Source: an uncultured Gammaproteobacteria bacterium
Lineage (GTDB): Bacteria > Patescibacteriota > Microgenomatia > Levybacterales > UBA12049
Direction of reading: 5' to 3'
DNA length: 64,000 nt
Assembly (NCBI GenBank): GCA_964507055.1
Contig: CAZDOJ010000001.1
Span: forward strand, 721,313 to 785,312
The stretch's first letter is position 1. Every line of letters starts with the position of its first letter. The position numbers and the translations under genes were made by a program. Shown here in pieces: positions 1-10,427 of the stretch. The notes under the pieces are model-generated. The model was not told where the DNA came from. It searched no databases and was given only the letters and a program-made list of their open reading frames with translations.

Positions 1-631
1 TAATTCCTGCATTGGATAAATGATAAGTTCCATACTTATCAGTTTCGATTAGCTTTTTAATACCTTCTACCAGATCCAAGGAATATGTAGGCGTACTTAC
101 CTCATCTTTAACCAATTCAATTTTTTTATCTTTTATCGCTTTGTTTAAGACTGCATGGATAAAATTAGAATTCCATTTGCTATAAAGCCAAGAAGTTCGC
201 ACAATAAAATGCTTCTTAACTTTTTCTTTAATAATTTTTTCTGCTTCTAATTTCGTTTTACCAACAATTGTAATGGGATTTGGTTTATCATCTTCATGAT
301 AGGGAGTTTTCTTTTTTCCATCAAATACTTCATTTGTGCTAACGAGCAAAACAGCAGCATCAATCTCTGCAGCTGCTTCCGCAACATATTTTGTACCGTT
401 CACATTTATGTCATATGCTTTATCTGGATGTAATGCACATTCATCGCCTCGTGTGAGTGATGCAAAGTGAAAAATAATATCAGGTTTGAATGCTTTAATC
501 TGTTTATCAACTATTTTTTTGTCAGTAATATCAAGATTCTCTCGGGTGCCAAAAAACAAATCTTTTTGTGGATATATTTCAGCAATTGTTTTCGCTAACT
601 GCCCATTTGCTCCTGTTATAAATATCTTCAT
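1..631 (-). CDS. rfbD: dTDP-4-dehydrorhamnose reductase (RmlD/RfbD), 3' end truncated by window edge
   Basis: Not in ORF track because it runs off the window. Manual translation from ATG (complement of 629-631): MKIFITGANGQLAKTIAEIYPQKDLFFGTRENLDITDKKIVDKQIKAFKPDIIFHFASLTRGDECALHPDKAYDINVNGTKYVAEAAAEIDAAVLLVSTNEVFDGKKKTPYHEDDKPNPITIVGKTKLEAEKIIKEKVKKHFIVRTSWLYSKWNSNFIHAVLNKAIKDKKIELVKDEVSTPTYS... N-terminal Rossmann GxxGxxG (ITGANGQLA); overall RmlD-like order of motifs. Confidence 0.7.
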   Translation of the reverse strand, partial: MKIFITGANGQLAKTIAEIYPQKDLFFGTRENLDITDKKIVDKQIKAFKPDIIFHFASLTRGDECALHPDKAYDINVNGTKYVAEAAAEIDAAVLLVSTNEVFDGKKKTPYHEDDKPNPITIVGKTKLEAEKIIKEKVKKHFIVRTSWLYSKWNSNFIHAVLNKAIKDKKIELVKDEVSTPTYSLDLVEGIKKLIETDKYGTYHLSNAGI

Positions 632-727
632 AGAAAAACTTGATTGTAACTTAATATAACAAATTAAAGCTCAAATTGATAGTAGTGCCTCATGTATGAA
701 GAGGATGAACGAATAGCAAATTTATAA

Positions 728-1420
728 TTAGGAGATCTTTCGAAACTTAAGAAAGATATTATGGAATCCATCTTTGGAATACTCCATATCTTCCTTTTTC
801 AAGAAGAATTCTTGAAAAAATGGCTTTCGTCTAAAAATCCATTTCGACACATATGTGTTCAATTGTGAAAGGACAGTCCATCCTCCAGCAGTAACAACAC
901 ATTCTTCTATTGCAAACTTATTTTTTGTAGCATAACTAAGAAAATCTTTTTCTGTATAATGCCTGTGTCCTATTAACCAGAACGCTGGATCAAGAGAAGT
1001 AGAAATGAATGAACGATAAGGTGTAGAAAGATAAAACACTCCATTCTTTTTCAAAACTCGATGAACCTCTTTAAAGAATTTGTGCTCTGTATTTTGAGGA
1101 ATATGTTCAATAACTTCCCAAGAAACAATTGTGTCAGCACTCTTATCTTTAAACGGCAGATCGATTGCACTACCTACCTTTGTCGAAAAATTCTTATTCT
1201 TAATGTTTTCATTTATTGTCTTTAAATCTTCTTCAGATATTTCTATACCTACAATACTTTTAGGTTTTTTCTTAAATGCATGCAGCTCAAACCAACCATA
1301 TCCACAACCTACATTGATTATTGATTTATTTGTAATATCTTTAACATCTACAAAAGAAAGTGTTTTTTTTAATCTTCCAGTTAATCTTTTATCTGGCTTT
1401 TCGTTTAGTATATTCTTCAT
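728..1420 (-). CDS. class I SAM-dependent methyltransferase (Methyltransf_11/25-like)
   Basis: Motif I 'IINVGCGYGWF', motif post-I acidic 'VGIEISEE', 'GVFYLSTP' motif; 230 aa. Confidence 0.65.
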   Translation of the reverse strand: MKNILNEKPDKRLTGRLKKTLSFVDVKDITNKSIINVGCGYGWFELHAFKKKPKSIVGIEISEEDLKTINENIKNKNFSTKVGSAIDLPFKDKSADTIVSWEVIEHIPQNTEHKFFKEVHRVLKKNGVFYLSTPYRSFISTSLDPAFWLIGHRHYTEKDFLSYATKNKFAIEECVVTAGGWTVLSQLNTYVSKWIFRRKPFFQEFFLKKEDMEYSKDGFHNIFLKFRKIS

Positions 1421-2259
1421 AATTTAGATACCAGTAATCCAATTCCGCCTGAGGAGAATTCAAGTCCTTTTAATACTACTGAACCGATTCCCACAGTTGG
1501 ATTTTTCAAAAATGCTGAACGATTTCGGTAGTAGCACTTAACCTCTTCCAAAAGAAGACTTTGACCAGAGACATTATGTTTTTTGAAATAACTTCCAGCG
1601 GTTTTTCCATAACTAAATTTCTTGTAAATCATTCTACCCAACTTAAGATAGCCTAAGTTGTGATAAACAACATTTTTACAGTACCCTATTTTGCTAATTG
1701 CCTTGTATCTTCTATGTGTATCAAAGTCTTCACCAGAACTTAATTTCTCATCATATCCTCCAACCTTTTTAAAGATTTGAGTTCGGACAAGTCTAGCCGA
1801 TTCAATATTGTCATTACCCCAATAACATTTTCGCTCAAATGCTTTACATTTACTCCAGTAACCATTTGTAATATCCTCCTCATGAACAATCAGTGCCCCA
1901 ATTTCTTTTTCTTGCATAAATATTTTTGCTGCTTCAGTAAGTAATCCTTTAGACAAAATCATATCGCTATCTAAATGATAAAGGATACTTCCCTTTGCTG
2001 CACTTGCACCCTTGTTACGAGATTTTGTTGGTGGAGAATAAAATTTCGGTTTTTGAAGAGTTATTAACTTTACTTTATTTTTGTGGACTATAGATGGTGT
2101 TTCATCAGTGCTCGTTTGGTCTACAACAATAACTTCAATATTTTTATACGTCTGTTTTTTAATAGAATCCAAACATGCTTGTAAATATTTCTGGCTATTG
2201 TATGTAGGAATAATTACGGATATTAGAGGAAGTTTTTCAGACATGATTATGTAAAACAA
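1417..2259 (-). CDS. glycosyltransferase family 2
   Basis: 'ISVIIPTYNSQKYLQACLDSIKKQTY' GT-A N-terminus and DxD 'DSDM'; 4-bp overlap with downstream gene. Confidence 0.75.
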   Translation of the reverse strand: MFYIIMSEKLPLISVIIPTYNSQKYLQACLDSIKKQTYKNIEVIVVDQTSTDETPSIVHKNKVKLITLQKPKFYSPPTKSRNKGASAAKGSILYHLDSDMILSKGLLTEAAKIFMQEKEIGALIVHEEDITNGYWSKCKAFERKCYWGNDNIESARLVRTQIFKKVGGYDEKLSSGEDFDTHRRYKAISKIGYCKNVVYHNLGYLKLGRMIYKKFSYGKTAGSYFKKHNVSGQSLLLEEVKCYYRNRSAFLKNPTVGIGSVVLKGLEFSSGGIGLLVSKL

Positions 2260-2321
2260 TATTTAGCCAGTTTATGATACTATTATTCATAGTTTAATAC
2301 AAGAGATAACTTCTTATTTCG

Positions 2322-4946
2322 ATGGATTTATTAATTTTTTCAGAGCTTATATCAAGTAATAATTTCTTTTTACTTTTAAGTCATTATTTTTCGTTTTTTG
2401 TTCCATTTAGTGGACTAGGTATTTATCTGCAAGGAGTACCAACTGCAAATATCTTGGATTTTTTTTGGGGAACAAATGCAGGACTAAGAACACTTCCATT
2501 GCTTTTTTTCCTATCGATACTTCAGTATGTTTTTCAGAATAATTGGAGTACTGCTTATTTGGCTATTTCAATTGTACTGCCATTTATTACATTCTTAATT
2601 GCATGTCGATTTCTGGGAAAACTTTCGCTATTTAATTTTATAGGTGCAATGTTCTATGGAGGAAATGTGTGGATTATTAATAGAATTTTTACGGGATTTT
2701 GGCAATTAAATTTGAGTTACGCATTTCTTCCTTTTCTCATTGTAATTCCATTACGATTAGTTTCTACCAAAGTTCATATAACTGAACTATTATTTCTTGT
2801 TTGTATTTATAGTATTGCAGCAAGCTTTGTGCTTATTTCTCAGCCTCATTTTCTTATTATTACTATACTTTTTGCCGTATTTCAATTTATACAATGTTGC
2901 ATTTCTAAAGATACTGACGCTCTCAAAAGATTGCTTATTTTCTATTTACCATCTGCATTTCTTTTCTTTTGCATCAATGCTTATTTTTTTATACCTGGGA
3001 TATTCTTTCCTGAAAAACTATTTACGGCACCAAATCAATACTTTTCAATAGGATCTGTCATATTCAACGGTCAAGGAAATTTAATCGAACACGTTCTTCG
3101 ATTTGAACCTTTAGGACAATCTTCTCAAAATTTTACATGGACATGGATAAACTTTATACAGTTTATACCTATTCTGTTATTTCTTATCATTTTTCTTATC
3201 AATAAAAACCGACAATATATATATTTACTGCTTGTTTTACTATTTATTTTTTTTGCAAAAGGTTTAAATGAACCTTTTGCTGATATTAGTAGATGGATTT
3301 ATCAAAACATCTTTTTTATGCATTATTTCCGCGATCCAGCAAGATTTATCGCTGGCGTTGTACTTTTTTCTTCAATGAGCATTGCAACATTTCATATAAA
3401 GAAAAAGCTTCCAAAAAAATTGCAACTACTTATAGTTGCTAGCACTATTTTACTTTTTATAACCATTAACATTAACTCGTTCTATCCACCAAAAACGGAT
3501 ATCTTTAAATCTACGAGTATCCCCAAAGAGTATCTTAACCTACAGAAATTTATTGCAAATGATCCTCGTATTGATGCACAACAGCGACTATTAATTCTTC
3601 CAAATAGACATGGATTACAGGGCTACCCTTGGTATACAAATCCTTCTCCAAATACATCCAACACCATATTCGATGCCATCCTACCATTAGAAATTTCTTT
3701 AGCAAATAGCTCAAATTACCCAGATAACTATTCGAATCAAATTAGTGCTTATATTTATGAAGAGTATACGAAAACTTATGATGAAAAGTTACTTATACCG
3801 CTCGGAGTACAATATGTTCTTATAGATGAATCGATTATTAAGCCGCAACTAGAAAAGGATATAGCTACGAGTTCTGCACAGGCATTATTAAACAATCCAG
3901 CGTATCAAAGAGTCTTTTATGAAAAGCCACTTAGTCTTTTTAAAGTGAATACTCAAGCAACTCTTTTTAGCGACCAGAAACCAGTTTTTGCCATTGGTAA
4001 TTTAGCAACAATCACTAAACAATATGTTTCTGGTATCGAAAGACCAACTATTCTCCTTAATCAACCTATTAATAGGGATTTAATAAATAATTCATATTTA
4101 AAAGACAGGGAAATTTTAATTGATGTAAAGAATCCACTTTTAACTATTACGGCAGAATCACTTGCTGAAAAGTATTTTGTGGATATATTAAAGGCTGGAT
4201 GGGATTATGACAAGATTTTTGGAAATTATGAACCATATAAGATGAAATCGGTCATAACTAATGGACAACTCTTTACCAGTGGAAGAGCCGTCGTTTCGCA
4301 ACCTAAAAATGGATTCATGCATATAAATCATGATCTAGAACCCGGAACATATAAAATCCTAATTAAAGCTCTTTCAGAATTCGATAGTGTGGGGATAGAA
4401 CTAGCAGCAGGAAACAAAAAAAACATTCAAGTGGATACAAGTAATCAGCTACTTTGGATCGATGCTGGAACAATTAAAATTGACAAAAAGCAGTCATATA
4501 TAACATTAACAAAAACAGATAGTAATCCTTTAGTAATTGATTATCTACTTTTAGTTCCTGAAACAACTTGGAATGAGTCGAAGAATTCAATGAATCAAAT
4601 TCTTCAAAATATGCGTGCTTATCATCCAATAAATACACAAAACTCAATTACTCAATTTACTATGCAAGATAGAGATATTATAGAATTGGGTAAAGCTTAT
4701 CCTTATATTACTGCTCGCATAAGTTACAGCGATTATTGGAGAAGTGACACTCCTTCAGAAAATTTTATAAGCGATGCATATGGAATAACATTCATAGCAA
4801 AAAACATAAACATAAAAAATATAGATTACTATCCAAGTAAAATCTTCAAAGCTTTATTTCTTATAACATTGACTATTGGTATTATTGTCGGTTCTTATTG
4901 TTATTATTTTATTATAAAGAGACTGAAGAACCACTTATTTAAGTAA
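2322..4946 (+). CDS. large polytopic membrane protein with ~550-aa extracytoplasmic C-terminal domain and C-terminal TM anchor (possible GT-C glycosyltransferase/polymerase)
   Basis: About 10-11 hydrophobic helices in first 320 aa, long soluble domain, final hydrophobic helix 'ALFLITLTIGIIVGSYCYYFII'; no recognisable catalytic motif. Confidence 0.45.
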   Translation: MDLLIFSELISSNNFFLLLSHYFSFFVPFSGLGIYLQGVPTANILDFFWGTNAGLRTLPLLFFLSILQYVFQNNWSTAYLAISIVLPFITFLIACRFLGKLSLFNFIGAMFYGGNVWIINRIFTGFWQLNLSYAFLPFLIVIPLRLVSTKVHITELLFLVCIYSIAASFVLISQPHFLIITILFAVFQFIQCCISKDTDALKRLLIFYLPSAFLFFCINAYFFIPGIFFPEKLFTAPNQYFSIGSVIFNGQGNLIEHVLRFEPLGQSSQNFTWTWINFIQFIPILLFLIIFLINKNRQYIYLLLVLLFIFFAKGLNEPFADISRWIYQNIFFMHYFRDPARFIAGVVLFSSMSIATFHIKKKLPKKLQLLIVASTILLFITININSFYPPKTDIFKSTSIPKEYLNLQKFIANDPRIDAQQRLLILPNRHGLQGYPWYTNPSPNTSNTIFDAILPLEISLANSSNYPDNYSNQISAYIYEEYTKTYDEKLLIPLGVQYVLIDESIIKPQLEKDIATSSAQALLNNPAYQRVFYEKPLSLFKVNTQATLFSDQKPVFAIGNLATITKQYVSGIERPTILLNQPINRDLINNSYLKDREILIDVKNPLLTITAESLAEKYFVDILKAGWDYDKIFGNYEPYKMKSVITNGQLFTSGRAVVSQPKNGFMHINHDLEPGTYKILIKALSEFDSVGIELAAGNKKNIQVDTSNQLLWIDAGTIKIDKKQSYITLTKTDSNPLVIDYLLLVPETTWNESKNSMNQILQNMRAYHPINTQNSITQFTMQDRDIIELGKAYPYITARISYSDYWRSDTPSENFISDAYGITFIAKNINIKNIDYYPSKIFKALFLITLTIGIIVGSYCYYFIIKRLKNHLFK

Positions 4947-4972
4947 TTGATTGTATTTGAAATATCTCTTTA

Positions 4973-6097
4973 TTAAAGGTAGGAAGATGTTGCCCTAATT
5001 ATAGTTTTTGAACTTGATCCATATATTCCTACCTGGGCAGCATTAGAAGTACCTGCTTGATAATTTAAGTAATAGGGTGTTTTTGAAGATACTGATAACA
5101 CTTTAGTACGATTAACAGAGTAACCTACTCCTACTGTCCCACCACCTGCAGAATAAGTAATTCCTACTGCTGTAAGATCTGCATCACTTTCGGAATTATT
5201 AGCAGTAGAGAGTGTTGCCAATGCGTGTATTAAACCCGTAGTCCCATATCCCACCACAGCAGCTTGATAACTCGTATCCCAAATACCTATTGGGATATTA
5301 ATCTGTAAAGCATTATACCATGTTCCATATGTTGGATTTGTTGTACCGATGAATGTATTATCCGTTACTTCCACTGTCCATTTGTTTGGATCAAGAGAGA
5401 ATCCAACAGGTGCTTTTTGTGCGGAGAAATAAACAGTGCTAATCGTAGAATTTGCAAGTGTATAATCAGTCCCTCCATAAAGAGTTATTGTTGTATTTGG
5501 AGATGAGTAAGATATACCTGTAATAAGAAAGTATTTTATTGTTGATGATTGAGTAAGCCTGATTCTCATACCTGGAGTGTAAACACCGGTAAGATTTCCA
5601 GATGCAGTAGCAGTGAAGGTAGGCGTATCGGCTGAGGCATACGTCCAAGTCTCGCCAACATTAGTCCAACCACCTGCAATTGCATTTTGAGGTGTATTAG
5701 TGGTTGGTAGAGGTAGAGGATAATTAAGATCCTGACTTGCAAGCCCACTCATCCTTATCTTGACTGTTGTAACTCCATTGTCAGATGCATAGGGGCCTAC
5801 CATAGCAAAACAATGTGAAGATGTACACTCACCCGGGTTATTCGCAAGAGGCTGCCAATAATACACACTATTCGTCGGATCTTTTATTTGAGTAGAGGCT
5901 ATACTAGTCGTAAGATTTGCTCCAGTATAATCCCATTCCAGGCGACCTGTTGTTGGATCAAAAGTTACATTTGTTGCTGTAAAATCACTCGATGCAAATA
6001 CACGTGGCACAAAAGTAAAAATGCTGATGCTTAAAAAACCGAATAGAAGCAAAAGAGAAAAGATTCGAAGATATTTTTGAATCCGAAATTTCTTCAT
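4973..6097 (-). CDS. secreted Ser/Thr/Gly/Tyr/Asn-rich cell-surface protein (hypothetical)
   Basis: N-terminal signal peptide 'RIFSLLLLFGFLSISIFTFVPRVFASS'; mature part is low-complexity S/T/G/Y/N rich with no enzyme motifs. Confidence 0.5.
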   Translation of the reverse strand: MKKFRIQKYLRIFSLLLLFGFLSISIFTFVPRVFASSDFTATNVTFDPTTGRLEWDYTGANLTTSIASTQIKDPTNSVYYWQPLANNPGECTSSHCFAMVGPYASDNGVTTVKIRMSGLASQDLNYPLPLPTTNTPQNAIAGGWTNVGETWTYASADTPTFTATASGNLTGVYTPGMRIRLTQSSTIKYFLITGISYSSPNTTITLYGGTDYTLANSTISTVYFSAQKAPVGFSLDPNKWTVEVTDNTFIGTTNPTYGTWYNALQINIPIGIWDTSYQAAVVGYGTTGLIHALATLSTANNSESDADLTAVGITYSAGGGTVGVGYSVNRTKVLSVSSKTPYYLNYQAGTSNAAQVGIYGSSSKTIIRATSSYL

Positions 6098-6161
6098 TAT
6101 AATTTTATATTGAAGAGTTTAAATTCTTTTGTCAATAGTGCAAACTCTATAAATAATTTAA

Positions 6162-7262
6162 CTATAATTTAATAAGTTTCTGCATAAAGCGTACACTAAC
6201 ATCTGCTGTTTTATCCCATGAATATTGGAGAGAATCTTTATAAACTTCTTTTTGCATACTTATATATTCTTTCTTATTATGTAATATTTTAATTACTTTA
6301 TTCGCAAGTTCCTCAGGTGTTTTATTGACTAAAATACCTGTCCGATTCTGTTTTACAATATCTCGAAACCCTTCAATGTTATAAACCACAGCAGGAGTTT
6401 TTACCAATCCTGCTTCAGGAATAGTTAATCCCCAACCCTCCTGCGTAGATGCACTTACAAGAAGATGCGATTTAGATAGGAGTAGGAACTTTTCTTTTTC
6501 ATTGACAAATCCCAATAATTTCACGGATTCTTGTAAATGTAGTTTAGTAATTTTTTCTTTTAATTGATCTACAAATTGTTCTTCTCCTGAACCAACAAGC
6601 CAAAGTTTTACTGTTGGTAATTTCTTATGCATTAACGCCAACGCTTCTATAAGGTCCTGTGTTCCTTTTTGTTTATTTAAACGCCCTACAGAAATAAGCG
6701 TTAAATCCTTTTCTTTTTTCTCAATTTTTATATGCTTCGGAATCGTAATTCCCATTGGAAGTACCTCAATATTTTTTTGGTTGTACCCCACCGCAATAAG
6801 ATCAATTTTCGTTGAAAGTGATATAACCATTGTCGGAACATTTTTATAAAGATATAAATACATTTTCTCGATGAATAAGAAAACCAGAGCAATAGGATAA
6901 GGGAAAATCTTAAAAAAAAGTTTACTAGCTACTTCACAAGTTAAGGCAACAGTTTTTTTCGGAGCATAGAGGGCAGAAAAAAAAGGAAACCAATGTACTT
7001 CGTCAACAATTACGTCATACTTATTTTTATTATTCATATAAAACAAAAATGCATGTATATGAACAGTCCACCACTTCCCTCGACGTTTAAAAAGGACATT
7101 ATCTATCTTTTCTTCAGCCTTACTTTCCAAAAACGCAGATGAAAATTGCGTTACTTTATGGCCTGATTTTACCCATCTTTTTGCCATTTCGTGTGTCAGG
7201 ATTTCTGCTCCTCCGCCTGCAGGATTCTTGATATCACGCCAATTTAATATAAGTATTCTCAT
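6162..7262 (-). CDS. glycosyltransferase family 4 (GT-B)
   Basis: C-terminal 'SASTQEGWGLTIPEAGLVKTPAVVYN' E-x7-E motif; 366 aa. Confidence 0.75.
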   Translation of the reverse strand: MRILILNWRDIKNPAGGGAEILTHEMAKRWVKSGHKVTQFSSAFLESKAEEKIDNVLFKRRGKWWTVHIHAFLFYMNNKNKYDVIVDEVHWFPFFSALYAPKKTVALTCEVASKLFFKIFPYPIALVFLFIEKMYLYLYKNVPTMVISLSTKIDLIAVGYNQKNIEVLPMGITIPKHIKIEKKEKDLTLISVGRLNKQKGTQDLIEALALMHKKLPTVKLWLVGSGEEQFVDQLKEKITKLHLQESVKLLGFVNEKEKFLLLSKSHLLVSASTQEGWGLTIPEAGLVKTPAVVYNIEGFRDIVKQNRTGILVNKTPEELANKVIKILHNKKEYISMQKEVYKDSLQYSWDKTADVSVRFMQKLIKL

Positions 7263-8086
7263 GAGGATTTTGCAGTTTGGACACTCTCAACATTAAAGTT
7301 CTTTTTATTATTATAGTATTTAAGTATTCTCAATCGATAAAATACCGCGGCTGTGTCCCAAAGCATGAGGAAAATGATTCGCCACATACTGCCCGATGTT
7401 ATACTACCACTTTTAAAGTTTATTTCAACTGGTGCCTCATAAATTCTTTTGTATCCTAATGCATATGACACTGCAAGCATCTCTATATCGAAAGCGTATC
7501 TTTTTACTATTAATCTTGGGAGAACATCTTGCACAACTTTTCTCTTAAAAAATTTGATACCCACTTGTGTATCTCGAACTTTAAATCCAAAGAGTATTCG
7601 GGTAAAAAGACGATACCCCCAGGATAATACTTTTCTAAAAAAAGGATAATTAACTTTTGATGCAGAATGGAGCTTTGATCCAACAATAACGTCAGCGTTA
7701 TACCAAATCATATGATTAAGTAACATAGAAAAACCGACAGTATTTATATCCATCCCGGCATCAATAAATCCAATTACATCGCCTTTTGCTAACAACATCC
7801 CATATCGTATTGCATAACCTTTTCCTTGATTCTGTTTGTATGCAACAGTTTTTACTTTATTTGATTTAATTTTCTTTGTATTTTCAAATGTCTTATCAAC
7901 CAATCCATCCACTACAATTATAATTTCATATTTAAACCCAACGGCATCCAATGTATCTGTAATATTTTTAATATCCCGAACAATAGTTTTTTCCTGTTTG
8001 TAAGCTGGGATTACAACTGAAAGTAAATTAATGGAGAAACTGTCGCGGTTATTCATAGAGGTAGTATAGCAAAAGATTTTTCTCAA
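7259..8086 (-). CDS. glycosyltransferase family 2 (polyprenol-phosphate sugar synthase-like)
   Basis: 'LSVVIPAYKQEKTIVRDI', 'IIIVVDGLVDKT', DxD 'DAGMD'; C-terminal hydrophobic segment. Confidence 0.7.
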   Translation of the reverse strand: MRKIFCYTTSMNNRDSFSINLLSVVIPAYKQEKTIVRDIKNITDTLDAVGFKYEIIIVVDGLVDKTFENTKKIKSNKVKTVAYKQNQGKGYAIRYGMLLAKGDVIGFIDAGMDINTVGFSMLLNHMIWYNADVIVGSKLHSASKVNYPFFRKVLSWGYRLFTRILFGFKVRDTQVGIKFFKRKVVQDVLPRLIVKRYAFDIEMLAVSYALGYKRIYEAPVEINFKSGSITSGSMWRIIFLMLWDTAAVFYRLRILKYYNNKKNFNVESVQTAKSS

Positions 8087-8095
8087 ACAAAGCTT

Positions 8096-9355
8096 TTAAT
8101 GTTTCCTAATAACAAAAAGATAATAAAGCGATAGTCCTGCTACAAGTATACTTGTTACAACAATTGATGTCCCTACAATCTGAATAAATGTGTCGTGATA
8201 CATATAAATTAAAATAATTTGTGCAAGTGCACCTAACAAAACAGGAATAAACACTTTTACTTGCTTTATAGAAAGATAAAAATTAACAATTATGAATAAT
8301 AGTGTATAAAGAGACATGAATACACCAAACAAAACAAGCAGAGGCCCAAATGCTAAATTCTCTACTTTCTTAGTAAAGAACATTATTGTCGGTTCGGGGA
8401 AGAAATAATAAAATAGTGTTAAAAGAACGGACGGTGTAAGGACAAGCAGTATGGAAAGCTTAAATGTATTTGAGAAACTCTCTTTATTACTATACTTCTG
8501 CACAATAATAGGAAACATGACCGAACTTATGGGTGAAGAGATATAATAAATAACCTTTCCGATTAACGCTAAGCCAGCATATATACCAGCATCGGTCGGA
8601 TTAAAGAAATGTTTTACAAGAATAATATCTATAGAAATTAGTGAGGTTAAACCTATCCAAGTTAAAGTCGATGGAATGCCGTATCGAAACAACTCTTTTG
8701 TGTCAATTGATGGCACATGAAGTTTTTTTGTGAAGACGAACTTTAATGGCCAAAAGCTCGCAACATATGCAAAAAGTGCTGATAAAAATATTGCACCAAC
8801 TGCACCATTAACACTAAAGCCTAGAAGAACAGCAGAGACACCCACAACTAATTTAGCAATAGCACCAACCATGTTCACCATTACTTGAGCAGTAAAAGCA
8901 AGCTTCGCTTGAATAAATGCCATGTTTATAACACTTATAATCCCTAGAAAAATTATAAAACTCGTTAATATAAGCAAAGAGACATCTTTAATATGTAAAA
9001 ATGCACCTATCTGAGGAATAAATATAAGAAAACCAATGAAGAAAACACAGCCAAGAATAAAGAAGAATTTCATTATTTTATAATAAAATCCTCGTGCCTT
9101 GTCGTATTCTTTTTTTGCAAAGTAGCTACCTGCAAATTGTATAACTAATGGAACTGATGCTGAAGCGATGAGTGCGGGAAATGATATTACGGAAATAATA
9201 CTTGCAAGAACTCCGTAGTCCGCATTTGATAAATTCCGAGTCATGTAGACATTAAAAAGGAAATTAAAAAAGTTGGCTGATACATTACCGATAACAACAA
9301 TTGCACTCCCATAAATTAGCGGATGTTTAATAAGTTTTACAGCTTTTTCTCTCAT
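8096..9355 (-). CDS. oligosaccharide flippase (Wzx/MOP superfamily)
   Basis: ~12 TM helices, 'polysaccharide biosynthesis protein' architecture. Start moved from ORF-track 9481 to internal Met (MREKAVKLIKHPL...) to remove the 125-bp overlap with the upstream GT4 gene. Confidence 0.6.
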   Translation of the reverse strand: MREKAVKLIKHPLIYGSAIVVIGNVSANFFNFLFNVYMTRNLSNADYGVLASIISVISFPALIASASVPLVIQFAGSYFAKKEYDKARGFYYKIMKFFFILGCVFFIGFLIFIPQIGAFLHIKDVSLLILTSFIIFLGIISVINMAFIQAKLAFTAQVMVNMVGAIAKLVVGVSAVLLGFSVNGAVGAIFLSALFAYVASFWPLKFVFTKKLHVPSIDTKELFRYGIPSTLTWIGLTSLISIDIILVKHFFNPTDAGIYAGLALIGKVIYYISSPISSVMFPIIVQKYSNKESFSNTFKLSILLVLTPSVLLTLFYYFFPEPTIMFFTKKVENLAFGPLLVLFGVFMSLYTLLFIIVNFYLSIKQVKVFIPVLLGALAQIILIYMYHDTFIQIVGTSIVVTSILVAGLSLYYLFVIRKH

Positions 9356-9356
9356 A

Positions 9357-10412
9357 TTATTTTCTTTGCATAACTTTCTGGTAGACAAGTACTGTTTGCT
9401 CAGCAGTCTTTTCCCATTTAAATTCCTTTGCACGTTCAAGTCCTTTGCGTGATAGCTCTTTTTGTAAAGCTGGATTATCAAATACCTTTTTTATTCCACT
9501 CGCGATACTTTCAATACTATGACTATCGACATAATAACAAGCATCCCCGCCAACCTCAGGAAGTGAGCCTTCTTTTGTGGTTATAACTGCACATCCGGAT
9601 TGCATTGCTTCAATAACAGGCAAACCGAAACCTTCATAATAGGAAGGCATAATAAAAACTGTTGCTATATTATAGAGTATGGTCAAATCTTCGGTAGGGA
9701 CAAAACCTAAAGTAATAACCTTGTCATTACTACGAATCATATCCTGAACTTTCACCAAATCACTATTCCATGGGTTTTCTCTATCAAAATCTGTTTGGAC
9801 AAGACTTTTCCCAACCAAAACAATTGGCAGACCTGTTTTTTTAACTGCTTGAAGTAAATTCGGAAGATTTTTATTCCATGTGACATCACCGACATATAAT
9901 ATAAACTTCTCAGGAAGATTGTACTTGCTTCGTATAACCTTTTTCACTGAACTAGTCTTGTCTAGCTTTTTAAACTCTTCTCCTGCTGCTAAATAGGATA
10001 TAAAGACTTTATCCTCTGGAACACCAATTATTTCTACGATATCATCTTTCGATGATTGTGAATCCGTAATGATGGCATCGACTTTTCGAAGATTCATCTT
10101 TTGTATTTGCCAACGAATAGTACCCTTTACACCCACTGGAAAGTATTTGTGAAATTTAATTGGAGTAAGATCGTGAACAGTAACAATCGTTTTATGTTTT
10201 TTAACTAATGGTAATGTCAAGAAAAATGGATCAAAGTATGGATAGTGAACAATATCAGTATTAGATGGTATTTCGCTCGTTTTTGTAAAAAAGTTATATT
10301 TATTTTTGGGAAAATAAGAAAGAAGTGATCGCTTTAAATAGGTTAAATAAAACCCAACTCCTCGGATCTTATGACCAGTTTGTAATGGGGAGACATCGAT
10401 GGCGATATTCAT
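9357..10412 (-). CDS. glycosyltransferase family 4 (GT-B)
   Basis: 'PSYYEGFGLPVIEAMQSGCAVITTKEGSLPEV' E-x7-E region. Confidence 0.75.
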   Translation of the reverse strand: MNIAIDVSPLQTGHKIRGVGFYLTYLKRSLLSYFPKNKYNFFTKTSEIPSNTDIVHYPYFDPFFLTLPLVKKHKTIVTVHDLTPIKFHKYFPVGVKGTIRWQIQKMNLRKVDAIITDSQSSKDDIVEIIGVPEDKVFISYLAAGEEFKKLDKTSSVKKVIRSKYNLPEKFILYVGDVTWNKNLPNLLQAVKKTGLPIVLVGKSLVQTDFDRENPWNSDLVKVQDMIRSNDKVITLGFVPTEDLTILYNIATVFIMPSYYEGFGLPVIEAMQSGCAVITTKEGSLPEVGGDACYYVDSHSIESIASGIKKVFDNPALQKELSRKGLERAKEFKWEKTAEQTVLVYQKVMQRK

Positions 10413-10427
10413 TATTAAAAATATTTC

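Noticed and set aside
1131-1427. Numerous 60-130-aa ORFs in the track nested antisense or out-of-frame inside long genes (e.g. 1131..1427, 2797..3051, 5466..5748, 15052..15258, 16024..16368, 16786..17097, 34447..34943, 35750..36545, 49675..51901)
   Set aside because: - All lie wholly inside longer ORFs with strong family signatures.
- Their translations are low-complexity, an artifact of AT-rich sequence.
- They have no RBS or promoter context.
8096-9481. 125-bp overlap between the flippase ORF and the upstream GT4 ORF, which looked like a possible frameshifted pseudogene
   Set aside because: - An in-frame internal Met (9355) preceded by the upstream gene's stop removes the overlap.
- The flippase is full-length with ~12 TM helices.
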